From Pseudomonadota bacterium (lineage in GTDB: Bacteria; Pseudomonadota; Alphaproteobacteria; Rhodobacterales; Rhodobacteraceae), in the NCBI GenBank assembly GCA_039030855.1, contig JBCCDJ010000018.1, positions 12,031 through 76,030 of the forward strand: DNA of 64,000 nt. Direction: 5' to 3'. The translations under genes and the position numbers were made by a program. Shown in pieces: positions 45,601 to 54,257 of the stretch (position 1 is the stretch's first letter; the number at the start of each line of letters is the position of its first letter). Below the pieces are notes generated by a model. It was not told where the DNA came from. It was given only the letters and a program-made list of their open reading frames with translations, and searched no databases.

Positions 45601-46159
45601 CCTTGGCAACCATGCCGTCGCCGCGCTTCATCGCCGCCTCGATGGTCTCGCCGAGGACAAATGCCGCCCCCATCTCGCGCATCGCCGCCCCGACAGCGCG
45701 TCGGATCACCGGCTCGCCCAGTCGCCGGACCATACCGCGCAGCGCACCGACCACGCCCTTATCCTCGTCTTCCAGAACACGGCCCGTCAGCATCAGGCCC
45801 CAGGTGGAGGCATTGACAAGGATGGAGCCGCTGTCGCCGATATGGGCACCCCAATCATGGGGGGCGATCTTGTCCTGGATAAGGTCGTCGATGGTCTCAG
45901 CATCCGGCACCCGGAGAAGCGCTTCGGCAAGACACATGAGCGCGACGCCTTCTTCGGTCGAGAGACCGTATTCGGCCAGAAAACTCTCCATCAGGCCGGG
46001 GCTTGATGAGCCGCGTACCACCCGGATCAGATCGGCGGCGCGGGCGGAGATGGCCTTTCGGTCATCGGACTGCAGATCGGCCAAAGAGACCAGAGAAGCC
46101 AGGCAGGCAGCCTCGTCAGAATGGTGAGTGGCGCGTAGATCGGTACGAATCTGGTCCAT
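42605..46159 (-). CDS. putA: Bifunctional proline dehydrogenase / L-glutamate gamma-semialdehyde dehydrogenase PutA
   Basis: 1184 aa. The N-terminal PutA arm and PRODH barrel include ESFLAEYGLSTEEGVALMCLAEALLRVPD and FEFQRLHGMGE. The central aldehyde dehydrogenase domain includes ISPWNFPLAIFTGQ and FQSAGQRCSA. There is also a C-terminal domain. Confidence 0.95.
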   Translation of the reverse strand: MDQIRTDLRATHHSDEAACLASLVSLADLQSDDRKAISARAADLIRVVRGSSSPGLMESFLAEYGLSTEEGVALMCLAEALLRVPDAETIDDLIQDKIAPHDWGAHIGDSGSILVNASTWGLMLTGRVLEDEDKGVVGALRGMVRRLGEPVIRRAVGAAMREMGAAFVLGETIEAAMKRGDGMVAKGYSYSYDMLGEAARTHADADRYFAAYETAIKAIAGRAKGDIRSNPGISVKLSALHPRYERRQKAVMTDDLTERLLQLCQMAKAAKIGLNVDAEEADRLDLSLDIIEGVLSDPSLSGWDGFGIVVQAYSRRAPHVIDWLHALAEKLDRKIMVRLVKGAYWDTEIKRAQVMGLTDYPVFTAKAATDVSYIACAKKLLGLRSRIYPQFATHNAHSAAAILNIAGGPDDTFEFQRLHGMGEALHEALRKQNGARCRIYAPVGAHEDLLAYLVRRLLENGANSSFVNQIVDESVAPETIAADPFDVLAEMTIPSPTIPAPSMLYAPERINSHGWDFANEADLAEIAAARAPFLTHEWGNGDTMIANPATGAPVGHVRWSSADDASAAVATATAAAPGWADTPAAARSAALMAAADLYEASMGEMFTLLAREAGKTLDDCIAEMREAVDFLRYYASEAAGAEAGTTARGAVVCISPWNFPLAIFTGQIAAALAAGNAVIAKPAEQTPLIAARAVALLHEAGIPADVLQVVPGAGDVGAALTADPRLGGVCFTGSTEVARIIDRKLAETAPEAMLIAETGGLNAMIVDSTALPEQAVRDIIASAFQSAGQRCSALRIVYVQNDVAEKLTKMLTGAMDALRLGDPMDLATDIGPVIDQEALDGIAAYIQAARTKGQLVHQTKAPDAGLFIAPTLLEVGGIEDLEREVFGPVLHIARFEAEDIGEVVEAVNARGYGLTFGLHTRIDRRVQDVVDRAEIGNLYVNRNQIGAIVGSQPFGGEGLSGTGPKAGGPHYLPRFRKAPAATGTMPSAPPVDTPLALSALGRLAPGAWAGRKDRIGVLRELLKGKASKPMASAAALDCGAVELPGPTGESNRLRLAALGRVLCIGSGDALLGHVAQALRAGNAVLAIGPDATRTLAPLMDQRIPLIALDGDVDKAFLTTAPFDAVALTAADRVTAVRAALARRTGPITRLITEAIAPERFTAERALCIDTTAAGGNAQLLAASA

Positions 46160-46236
46160 GGGAGGGTCCGGTGCAGGAGGGTGGAGCGTTGCGTCAACAA
46201 TAGCCCATTCGCAATGCAGTAGCTGTTCTGTATTTG

Positions 46237-46270
46237 GCTCAAAACCGGTATCTTTTCCCCGGTTTTGAGC
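46237..46270. repeat. Perfect 12-bp inverted repeat (gctcaaaaccgg N10 ccggttttgagc) upstream of putA
   Basis: The arms are 46237-46248 and 46259-46270, with the loop tatcttttcc. It lies 78 bp upstream of the putA ATG and 126 bp downstream of the acyl-CoA synthetase stop. No flanking U-tract is present on either strand. Confidence 0.5.
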
Positions 46271-46395
46271 ACGAACTGCATGACCGAACTGTTTGCGGGG
46301 TCCGAAACAGTCTATTCGTCCGTGCGCCTAGGCAGGCTCCGCCAAAATGCCGTGTGATGGATCCCGCGCCGGGGTCTCCCACGCAACCTGCCCCA

Positions 46396-48204
46396 TTAGC
46401 GATAGAGCGCTGCGATTTCGTCCGCGTAACCCTTGTAGATACTGGCCCGCCTGACTTTCATCGTCGCGGTGACTTCGCCATCATCATGGTCCAGCTCCTT
46501 GGTCAGGAGGTGGAACTTCTTGATCTGCTCGACCCCGGCCAGACCGGCATTGCCCTTGTCGACGGCCTTCTGGATCAGCTCGCGCACTTCCGGCAATTTC
46601 GTCAGCGATGCAAAAGTGGTGTAGTTCAGCCCCTTCGCCTCTGCCCATTTCGACACGGTGTCCCAGTCGATCTGGATCAGTGCGGCGGGAAATTTGCGCT
46701 GGTCGGCGATGACGATGCATTCCTTGATGAAGGGGCTGGCCTTCATCGTATTCTCAATCAGCGATGGCGTCAGGTTCTTGCCGCCCGCCGTGATCATGAT
46801 GTCCTTCTTGCGATCAACGATAGAGATCGATCCATCATCATGCATCTTGGCCACGTCGCCCGTATGCAACCAGCCGTCGATGATCGTATCGACTGTCGCG
46901 TCATTGCGCTTGTAGTAGCCCTTGAAGACGATATCGCCACGAATGAGCAACTCGCCATCCTCGGCCAGTTTCATCTCGATCCCCGGCAGTGGGTGGCCGA
47001 CCCGCCCCTCCGAGGGGCGGCCATGCTGCTGGGCGCAGGCGGTGCCCGAACTTTCGGTCATGCCAAACCCCTCCAGAAGCGGCAGGCCGATACCCCGGAA
47101 GAAATCGAGTGTCTCCGGCGCGATGGGTGCTGCACCCGACACGGCTGAATGGCAGCGCGTCAGGCCGATCATATTGCGCAGGGGCCGATAGATCAGCCAT
47201 TCGTAGAACTGCGCCTTGGGGCCGGTCGGGCGGTTGTTCAGATCGGCGTTGGCTTTGGCATAGTCCATCGCGGGTTTCAGGAACATCTTCTGTACCGGGC
47301 CGCTATCGGCCATGGCGAGGCTGAGATCCGCCTGCATTTTTTCCCAGATGCGCGGCACGCCGAGGAAGATCGTCGGCGCGACCTCTCGCAGGTCTTGCTG
47401 AATGGTGCGCAGGCTTTCGCCGAAATTCACCTGATAGCCGCCCTTGAAGGCGAGGAAGACGGAAAAGAGCTGTTCCGCCACATGGCAGAGCGGCAGATAG
47501 GAAATCACCCTATCATCTGGGGTAGCGGGGGTCACGGCGGCGGTGACGGTGCCGACCGCCGCGATGTTGCGAAAGGAGATCATCGCCGCCTTTGGCAAGC
47601 CGGTGGAGCCGGAGGTGAAGACGATCAGCGCGGTGTCATCGGGATGATGGTCCTTCAACATGCGGTCCAGAAATTCCGGATCATCCTCTGCAGCCCCCGC
47701 CTGCATCACGCTGCCCCAGGTGATCAGTTTGGGATGGTCGTAGCCGGAGAGACCTTTCTGGTTGATCGCTATGATCTCACGGATCATTGGCAATTCATCA
47801 ATGACGGATAGAACCTTGTCGACCTGTTCCTGATCTTCGCAGATCACGGCGACCGCGTCCGACGCGCCAAGTGCGTGGCGGATTTCCGGCGCGGGGGAGG
47901 TCGGATAGATACCAGCCGTCGCGGCCCCGAGGAGGTGGATGCCGAGTTCCCCGATCACCCATTCCTTGCGGTTTTCAGACAGCATCGCGATATGATCGCC
48001 GCGCTTGTACCCGCGCGCGGCCAGGCCTTGCGCGAAATGCGAGGCCATGCGTTCGTAATCGCGCCAGGTATATTCCTTCCAGACGCCATGTTCCTTCTGG
48101 CGGAGGGCCACTTTGTCGCCGATCGCACGCGCGTGCTCGCGCAGCATTCGGGGCAGTGTGCCAAGGGCAGCGTCCTGTGCATTCGGGTCGACGGATACGT
48201 CCAT
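46396..48204 (-). CDS. AMP-dependent acyl-CoA synthetase (FadD/long-chain type)
   Basis: 602 aa, with AGGAGG upstream of the ATG. It has the AMP-binding motif TSGSTGLPKAA and GWLHTGD. It is the last gene of the Liv-type ABC cluster. Confidence 0.85.
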   Translation of the reverse strand: MDVSVDPNAQDAALGTLPRMLREHARAIGDKVALRQKEHGVWKEYTWRDYERMASHFAQGLAARGYKRGDHIAMLSENRKEWVIGELGIHLLGAATAGIYPTSPAPEIRHALGASDAVAVICEDQEQVDKVLSVIDELPMIREIIAINQKGLSGYDHPKLITWGSVMQAGAAEDDPEFLDRMLKDHHPDDTALIVFTSGSTGLPKAAMISFRNIAAVGTVTAAVTPATPDDRVISYLPLCHVAEQLFSVFLAFKGGYQVNFGESLRTIQQDLREVAPTIFLGVPRIWEKMQADLSLAMADSGPVQKMFLKPAMDYAKANADLNNRPTGPKAQFYEWLIYRPLRNMIGLTRCHSAVSGAAPIAPETLDFFRGIGLPLLEGFGMTESSGTACAQQHGRPSEGRVGHPLPGIEMKLAEDGELLIRGDIVFKGYYKRNDATVDTIIDGWLHTGDVAKMHDDGSISIVDRKKDIMITAGGKNLTPSLIENTMKASPFIKECIVIADQRKFPAALIQIDWDTVSKWAEAKGLNYTTFASLTKLPEVRELIQKAVDKGNAGLAGVEQIKKFHLLTKELDHDDGEVTATMKVRRASIYKGYADEIAALYR

Positions 48205-48278
48205 ACGGTCCTCCTATGCGGTAAGGTGGGCCCTCTGCCCACCATTGCGTGACGGCGGGCCGAGGCCCACCCTACGCT

Positions 48279-49067
48279 TCAGCTCAGCCAGCGTTTGCGG
48301 CGCTTGTAGTGTTTCACGTCACGGAAGGATTTGCGGGTGTCGCCACCCATGCCGAGATAGAACTCCCGCACATCCTTGTCGTTTCTCAGCTTGGCGACCT
48401 CACCTTCGGTCATCACGCGGCCGCTTTCCATGATGTAGGCGAAATCGGCGACGGAGAATGCCAGCGCGGCGTTCTGTTCGACCAGAAGGATCGTCGCCCC
48501 CTGTTCTTCGTTGATGCGTTTGACGACCTGAAAGATCTCTTGCGCGACCAGCGGCGCAAGGCCGAGCGAAGGCTCGTCCATCAGGATGACAGAAGGTTTG
48601 CCGATTAGCGCACGACCAACCGCAAGCATCTGCTGCTCGCCGCCCGAAAGGTACCCCGCGACCTGACGCTGGCGTTCCTGCAGGCGGGGAAACATGGAGA
48701 AGACCATGTCATAGTCGGCCTTGCCGCTGCGCCCGTCCAACGCATGGGTGGCGGCGATCAGATTTTCCTCGACCGTCAGGTCGGCAAAGATACGGCGGCC
48801 TTCACGCACATGGGACATGCCGCGTCGGACCAGCGTATGAGGCGATACAGTCGTGATGGACGCGCCCTCGAATTTCACGTCGCCCTCGGTGATCGCGCCG
48901 TATTCAAGCGGAAGCAGGCCTGATATCGCCTTCAGCGCGGTCGACTTGCCTGCCCCGTTGGACCCCAAGAGCGCCACGATCTTGCCCTTTGGTACCTCGA
49001 GCGAGAGGCCGCGCAGCGCCTGGACGACGTCATGATAGTAAACCTGGATCGAATTGACCGCGAGCAT
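48279..49067 (-). CDS. ABC transporter ATP-binding protein (LivF-like)
   Basis: About 262 aa from ATG 49067; the track TTG is at 49073. It has Walker A GSNGAGKST, signature LSGGEQQML, Walker B ILMDEPSLGLAP, and a basic C-terminal tail. Confidence 0.85.
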   Translation of the reverse strand: MLAVNSIQVYYHDVVQALRGLSLEVPKGKIVALLGSNGAGKSTALKAISGLLPLEYGAITEGDVKFEGASITTVSPHTLVRRGMSHVREGRRIFADLTVEENLIAATHALDGRSGKADYDMVFSMFPRLQERQRQVAGYLSGGEQQMLAVGRALIGKPSVILMDEPSLGLAPLVAQEIFQVVKRINEEQGATILLVEQNAALAFSVADFAYIMESGRVMTEGEVAKLRNDKDVREFYLGMGGDTRKSFRDVKHYKRRKRWLS

Positions 49068-49080
49068 GGGCAAAGGGCTC

Positions 49081-49116
49081 CGCCGAAAGGGAAACGGGGG
49101 CGGCGGACCGCCCCCG
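49081..49116 (-). terminator. Intercistronic GC-rich hairpin with U-rich tail (terminator/attenuator or mRNA stabiliser) after the binding-protein gene
   Basis: There is a 9-bp perfect stem cgggggcgg / ccgcccccg (49095-49103 and 49108-49116) with a 4-nt loop. On the minus strand it is followed by tttccctttc. It lies 14 nt after the SBP stop and before the LivF-like start. Confidence 0.5.
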
Positions 49117-49129
49117 CGAAGAGATGTGA

Positions 49130-50341
49130 TCAGACTTCAATCGTGTCGGAGACCGGCAGGAAGAGGCTCTTCTCCGCGCTGTACTGATAGACACGCGCCT
49201 GGTTGATGGCGTGATCGTCCACATTGACTGGCAGACCGAAATAGCCGCCCGAATCCCAGCCCTGCACCTTGCCGAGCGCGGCGGAGAGATTCTCTGGCGT
49301 CGGCTCGATATCGGCCTCAGTGACATCGGTGAAGACCTTCTCCAGCAATGCGAGTGTTGCCAGACCCTGCAGTGACCAGGTCGTGATATAGCCCGGGAAT
49401 TCGTCGCCGTATTTCGCGGTCTTGAACGCTGCCAGTTCCTGATAAGCCGGGCTTTCGGCAGCTTCGTAGAAATAGCGATAGGGCATCACACCGGCATAGC
49501 CGTCGAGCGCATCGCCGAGCTTCTCCTGAACGGTTCTGGCAATGACCAGTTCCATCCCCCAGAAGGTGCCGACGAACTTTGCATCCATGCCGAAGGCGCG
49601 CGCGGTGCCGATGATCTGCGGCCAGACACTGGTCACATAGCCGTGGATGAAAATGTGATCGGGGTTGGAGCGGCGCACCTGCGCGACATGGGTCTGCACC
49701 TCGGCACCCTGAAGGTCCGTTACCTCCTCATGAACCACTTCGAGGCCTTGCTCAGCGGCGATTTTTTTGGCGTGTTCGATCGGATCGCGGCCATATTCAT
49801 TGTCGGAATAGACGAAGGCGACCCGCTTGCCGCCCTGCTGGGCGATGTACTTCATATTGATCTCGGCCATCGCATTATAGGTCGGGCCGGTGATGAACTG
49901 GTAGGGGCTGTTGGCCGGATCGGCGAGGTCGGTCGCGAAGGACGTGCCGCCATTAAGAACCGGCGTGCGCGACAATTCCGGCTGCACCAGTTTCATGAAC
50001 CCGGTGCTGTCGCCCGAATAGAAATGCGGTTTCACATCGTCCGACATCGTCTTCTTGAAATTGGCCAGCGAGGTTGTCGGGTTGTAGCCCGAATCCTCAT
50101 ACTGAAGATTGACCTGTTTGCCCGCGATGCCGCCTGAGGCGTTCTTCATTTCCACCCAGTCCTGGGTGTTTTTCAGGCCATCTACTCCGGCCTGGGCGAA
50201 CGGACCGGTGAGCGGGATGGAGCCGCGCAGGATCCATTCCTTGTTGGCATGGGCCGCCGCACGGGCAAGATAGGGCGTGGCGAGCGTGGCGGCACCAAGT
50301 GCCGCGCCGCCCTTCAGAACTGTTCTGCGATTGAGGGTCAT
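49130..50341 (-). CDS. ABC transporter substrate-binding protein (Leu/Ile/Val-binding-like type-1 PBP fold)
   Basis: 403 aa with the signal sequence MTLNRRTVLKGGAALGAATLATPYLARA and a type-1 periplasmic binding fold pattern. Confidence 0.85.
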   Translation of the reverse strand: MTLNRRTVLKGGAALGAATLATPYLARAAAHANKEWILRGSIPLTGPFAQAGVDGLKNTQDWVEMKNASGGIAGKQVNLQYEDSGYNPTTSLANFKKTMSDDVKPHFYSGDSTGFMKLVQPELSRTPVLNGGTSFATDLADPANSPYQFITGPTYNAMAEINMKYIAQQGGKRVAFVYSDNEYGRDPIEHAKKIAAEQGLEVVHEEVTDLQGAEVQTHVAQVRRSNPDHIFIHGYVTSVWPQIIGTARAFGMDAKFVGTFWGMELVIARTVQEKLGDALDGYAGVMPYRYFYEAAESPAYQELAAFKTAKYGDEFPGYITTWSLQGLATLALLEKVFTDVTEADIEPTPENLSAALGKVQGWDSGGYFGLPVNVDDHAINQARVYQYSAEKSLFLPVSDTIEV

Positions 50342-50389
50342 CTTGATCTCCCTGAGTGATGACGAGGTTTTCGTTTCGGCCAGTGCCCT

Positions 50390-51433
50390 TCAGGGGCGGA
50401 ACGGCCAGAGGTTCACGAACCGCCAGAACCGCCGCCATATGGCAACCAGGCCCTGACTTTCGAACAACATGAAACCGATGATGAGCATACCATAAACAAG
50501 CGTCGATGCGGGTGCGGTGTATTCCGCCCACGACATGTCACCGCCGGACAGGAGGCCGAGCACCCCCTTGACGATTTCCGGTACCATCACGATGAACGCC
50601 GCACCGAAAATGGGTCCCAGCGTTGACGCAACGCCGCCGATTACCAGCGCCGCCAATAACTGGATCGAGATCGGCAGTTCGAACAGTGTTGGCGTGATGG
50701 CGAGGAACATATAGCTGAACAGCGCGCCAGACAGACCGGCCAGCGCCGAGGCAATGGCAAAGCTGTAGAGCTTGTATTTCATCAGGTTGACGCCGATGAT
50801 TTCCGCAGACAGCTCTCCATCACGAATGGCGATGAAGGCGCGCCCAACGCGGGTGCGAAACAGGTTCTGGCCGAACAGGATCGCTGCGATGGCAAAGGGC
50901 AGGATAAAATAGAACTTCTGTTGATCCGAGACGATTTCGATCCCGAAGATATTGGCGGGGGGAATGGTGATTCCGCTATCGCCATTGGTCACGCTCTCCC
51001 AGGTCTCCAGCACGAAAACGATGATGAAACTGGCTGAGATTGTCGCAATCGTCAGATATAGCCCTTTGATGCGGAGGGAGGGCAGACCGAACAGCAGTCC
51101 CACCGCCACGGTCATCAGCATCGCCGCCGGGATCGTCACGAAGACCGGCATGCCATAGGTGTTGGCAAGCACTGCCGTCGTATAGGCCCCGACCCCGACC
51201 ATCGCTCCATGGCCGAGAGAGACGAGGCCGGTATAGCCCGTCAGGATGTTCAATCCCACAAGCGCAATCAGATAGACGGTCGCTTGTGTCGTCAGATAAA
51301 GTTGATAGCCCGACATGAATTGCGGCGCGATCAGCGCCACGGCGATGGCTGCCCAGAAGCCCCAGCGCAGGGGCCAGGACCGCAGGATCGCCTCGTCGGC
51401 GGCGTAGTTCGATTTAAGATTGCCGATGATCAT
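50390..51433 (-). CDS. Branched-chain-type ABC transporter permease (LivM-like)
   Basis: 347 aa from ATG 51433, 4 nt after the upstream stop at 51438. It is a polytopic LivM-type permease. The track start at 51475 was rejected. Confidence 0.85.
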   Translation of the reverse strand: MIIGNLKSNYAADEAILRSWPLRWGFWAAIAVALIAPQFMSGYQLYLTTQATVYLIALVGLNILTGYTGLVSLGHGAMVGVGAYTTAVLANTYGMPVFVTIPAAMLMTVAVGLLFGLPSLRIKGLYLTIATISASFIIVFVLETWESVTNGDSGITIPPANIFGIEIVSDQQKFYFILPFAIAAILFGQNLFRTRVGRAFIAIRDGELSAEIIGVNLMKYKLYSFAIASALAGLSGALFSYMFLAITPTLFELPISIQLLAALVIGGVASTLGPIFGAAFIVMVPEIVKGVLGLLSGGDMSWAEYTAPASTLVYGMLIIGFMLFESQGLVAIWRRFWRFVNLWPFRP

Positions 51434-51437
51434 CGTG

Positions 51438-52355
51438 CTACACCCTGTTGATGTCGGCGGTGCCGAACAGGCCATGGGGCCGGATCAGGATGATGGCGAG
51501 GACGACAATATAGGGGACGAGATCCTTGGCCTCGCCTCCGAAATAGTGGTTCGTGGCCGCCTCCAGCCAGCCGACGATCAGCCCGGCGACGAAGACACCG
51601 ATCACGCTGTCCACCCCGCCGAGGATCACCACCGCGATGACCGAGAGACCAATGGTCGACAGGCCCGGCGTCAGCGAATTGACGGGGGCCAGCAGGATGC
51701 CCGCCAGTGCCCCTGTTGCCGCCGCGACCACCCAGGCTGACGCAAAGACCGCCGGGACGTTGATCCCCATCGCATAAGCCGTCGACTGGTCTGTCGCGGT
51801 CGCCCGCATGGCGATCCCGGCGCGCGACTTCTGGAACAGGATCACGATGATGACGAAGACCACCAACGCAATGCAGAAGGACCAGACCATCTGTGTGTTG
51901 ATGAGGATGCCGCCCAGATCGACGATGTTCAGCTTCGCAAGTTCGGGCGGGTAGCGTGCATCCGTCTTCCAGATCAACGCGGCGAGGCCGTCGAGCACGG
52001 AAATCAGCCCGATGGTCACCATGATCATGGCGAAGACGTTCTGCCCCAGCATAGGCCGCATCAACAGCCGCTCCAGCAACATCCCGAAGAGCGACGCGAG
52101 GATCAGCGTGGCTGGCAGGGCGATCACATAGACAGACCAAGACCCAAGCCCCATCGCATCGAGGCCGAGATTGATCGAGTAGTAGAAATAGGCACCGAAC
52201 ATCACCACGGCACCATGGGCGAAGTTGAAAACCTGCGTCGCGCGAAAGACGAGGACGATCCCGACGCCGATCAGCGCGTAGATGCCGCCGGTCATCAGAC
52301 CGGTCAGACTGTCTTCAATTAGGAAAGGAAGGTTGTTCATGAAGGCTTCCATCAT
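51438..52355 (-). CDS. Branched-chain-type ABC transporter permease (LivH-like)
   Basis: 305 aa with the block GGIYALIGVGIVLVFRATQVFNFAHGAVVMFGAY, typical of LivH. The start overlaps the upstream stop. Confidence 0.88.
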   Translation of the reverse strand: MMEAFMNNLPFLIEDSLTGLMTGGIYALIGVGIVLVFRATQVFNFAHGAVVMFGAYFYYSINLGLDAMGLGSWSVYVIALPATLILASLFGMLLERLLMRPMLGQNVFAMIMVTIGLISVLDGLAALIWKTDARYPPELAKLNIVDLGGILINTQMVWSFCIALVVFVIIVILFQKSRAGIAMRATATDQSTAYAMGINVPAVFASAWVVAAATGALAGILLAPVNSLTPGLSTIGLSVIAVVILGGVDSVIGVFVAGLIVGWLEAATNHYFGGEAKDLVPYIVVLAIILIRPHGLFGTADINRV

Positions 52356-53176
52356 GCGGCCTCCGCGCCGAGATAGGCTTCGATCACGGCGGGCGACGCC
52401 TGCACCTGCGCCGGGGCTCCGGTTGCGATGACTTCGCCGAAATTCAGGACCGCGACATGGTTCGAGATATCCATGACCATCGACATGTCATGCTCGACCA
52501 GAAGGATCGTCACGCCGCGCTGTTCCTGCAGGTCGAGGATGAACCGGGCCATGTCTTCAGTCTCCTCGTGGTTCATGCCCGCAACCGGTTCGTCCAGAAG
52601 CAGAACCTTTGGCTGCATCGCCAGTGCGCGCGCCAGCTCAACCCGCTTCAAATAACCATAAGGCAGCATGGACACGTAGTGATTGCGGATATGGTCGATC
52701 TCCAGAAAATCGATGATCTCCTCCTCGATCTTCTGGCGGAGGGCAACTTCCTCGCGCTGGGCGCCACCCCAAAACCAGCCTGCCGACAGAACGCTGGTCT
52801 TCATGTGGGTATGCGCGCCGAGCTTGATGTTCTCCAACACCGTCATGCCAGGATACAGCGAGATGTTCTGGAAGGTCCGCGCAAACCCGCGCCCGGCCCG
52901 CTTGTCTATCGCCAGCGAAGTGATGTCCTCTCCTGCCAGCACAACCTGCCCTTGTTTGGGTTTCGCGAACCCCGACAGGACGTTGAACATGGTCGTCTTG
53001 CCAGCGCCGTTGGGCCCGATGACCGCAGTGATCGATCCTTCGGCGACGGAAAAGCTGACATCTTTCAGTGCATGCACACCGCCAAAGCTGACGGACACAT
53101 TTCGAATGTCGAGTAAGGGCTCTGAGACCAAGGCATCCTCCCGGGAGAAGCGGTCGTCGCGCCGCTTGCGCGACAA
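52352..53176 (-). CDS. ABC transporter ATP-binding protein (LivG-like)
   Basis: 274 aa with Walker A GPNGAGKTT, a signature-like LPYGYLKRVELARAL and Walker B LLLDEPVAGM. It is the first gene of the cluster. Confidence 0.85.
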   Translation of the reverse strand: MSRKRRDDRFSREDALVSEPLLDIRNVSVSFGGVHALKDVSFSVAEGSITAVIGPNGAGKTTMFNVLSGFAKPKQGQVVLAGEDITSLAIDKRAGRGFARTFQNISLYPGMTVLENIKLGAHTHMKTSVLSAGWFWGGAQREEVALRQKIEEEIIDFLEIDHIRNHYVSMLPYGYLKRVELARALAMQPKVLLLDEPVAGMNHEETEDMARFILDLQEQRGVTILLVEHDMSMVMDISNHVAVLNFGEVIATGAPAQVQASPAVIEAYLGAEAA

Positions 53177-53254
53177 AATAGTGGCGTCAGAAGGATTAGC
53201 AATGACTTTGCCAGAGTTACGCTAGGGCAATTGCCTCAGTTGACCCCTCAGCGA

Positions 53255-54247
53255 TCAGGAATATCGCTCGGGTCCGACCCATTGCGCGGCTGAATACCTG
53301 TCGCCATGGGCCCAACCGACGGGGAGCACCGCATCGATTCGCGCAAAATCGCTCTCGGCCAGCTCGATCGCGGCACCGGCCGCGGCCTCCCGCAGATGAT
53401 GGAGGGAGCGCGTGCCGGGGATTGGAATAACATGATCGCCCTGATGGAGCAGCCACGCGATAGCCAGACTGGCCGCCGCGAGACCCATATCCGCCGCCAG
53501 TTCCCGAAACTGGGCGTTCTTCGCGAGGTTGGCGGAGATATTCGGCTCAACGAAACGCGGATTGTTTGCCAGAAACGGGATTTCCGCGGCCGCTTTACGG
53601 TCATGGGGTGTATCGGTCAGGAGAGCCCGCCCGACCGGAGAGAACGCGACCAGTGCCGTGCCAAGCGCTGCGCAGGTCTGCACCAGACCCATTTCGGGGG
53701 ATCGGGTGGATAATGAAAATTCCGACTGCACCGCCGTGACAGGATGCACAGCATGCGCACGGCGAAGCGAGGAGGGGGCTATTTCAGAATATCCGATGGC
53801 GCGGCATTTCCCGGCCCTTACCAACCCGGCGAGGGTCTCCGTCACCTCCTCGATGTCCCATCGCGGATCGCGCCGATGCACATAGTAAAGATCGACATGG
53901 TCGACCCCGAGGCGCTGCAACGACGCTTCCAGCGCGTTTGTCAGATAGGCGGCTGAGTTGTCGAAGCGCCCATGCTCATCCGCCTCGCGTTTGATCCCGC
54001 CCTTGGTCGCGATGGTGAACGGGTTTGATCCCTTCCGCCTGATCCACTCGCCAATCACCGTTTCCGACCGACCGCCGCCATACACATCGGACGTATCCAG
54101 ATGCGTGATGCCGAGATCGAGGCATTCATCCAGAACCGTCATCGATATCTGATCCGTGGTCTTGCCGTAGAAATCGGAAAACGACATCGCACCATAGCCA
54201 ACGGCACCGATGATCGGGCCTGCCGCCCCGAGTGTGCGCTGTTTCAA
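53255..54247 (-). CDS. Aldo/keto reductase
   Basis: 330 aa from TTG 54247, preceded by AGGAGG plus a 6-nt spacer. The N-terminus (M)KQRTLGAAGPIIGAVGYGAMSF fits the AKR family. The track ATG at 54286 would overlap the upstream gene. Confidence 0.85.
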   Translation of the reverse strand: MKQRTLGAAGPIIGAVGYGAMSFSDFYGKTTDQISMTVLDECLDLGITHLDTSDVYGGGRSETVIGEWIRRKGSNPFTIATKGGIKREADEHGRFDNSAAYLTNALEASLQRLGVDHVDLYYVHRRDPRWDIEEVTETLAGLVRAGKCRAIGYSEIAPSSLRRAHAVHPVTAVQSEFSLSTRSPEMGLVQTCAALGTALVAFSPVGRALLTDTPHDRKAAAEIPFLANNPRFVEPNISANLAKNAQFRELAADMGLAAASLAIAWLLHQGDHVIPIPGTRSLHHLREAAAGAAIELAESDFARIDAVLPVGWAHGDRYSAAQWVGPERYS

Positions 54248-54257
54248 GGCGTACCTC

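Noticed and set aside
46234-47811. Plus-strand ORFs of 304 aa (46234-47148) and 220 aa (47149-47811)
   Set aside because: Both are antisense to the acyl-CoA synthetase gene, which has clear AMP-binding motifs. They are shadow ORFs.
51430-52140. 236-aa minus-strand ORF out of frame with the LivH-like gene
   Set aside because: It is on the same strand but in the alternative frame of a well-supported permease gene. Its Arg/Gly/Asp/His-rich translation is not protein-like.
53226-53235. 10-bp perfect palindrome ggcaattgcc upstream of the livG-like gene
   Set aside because: It is real but short. Such palindromes occur by chance in 64 kb. It has no second half-site or known consensus, so I did not call it an operator.
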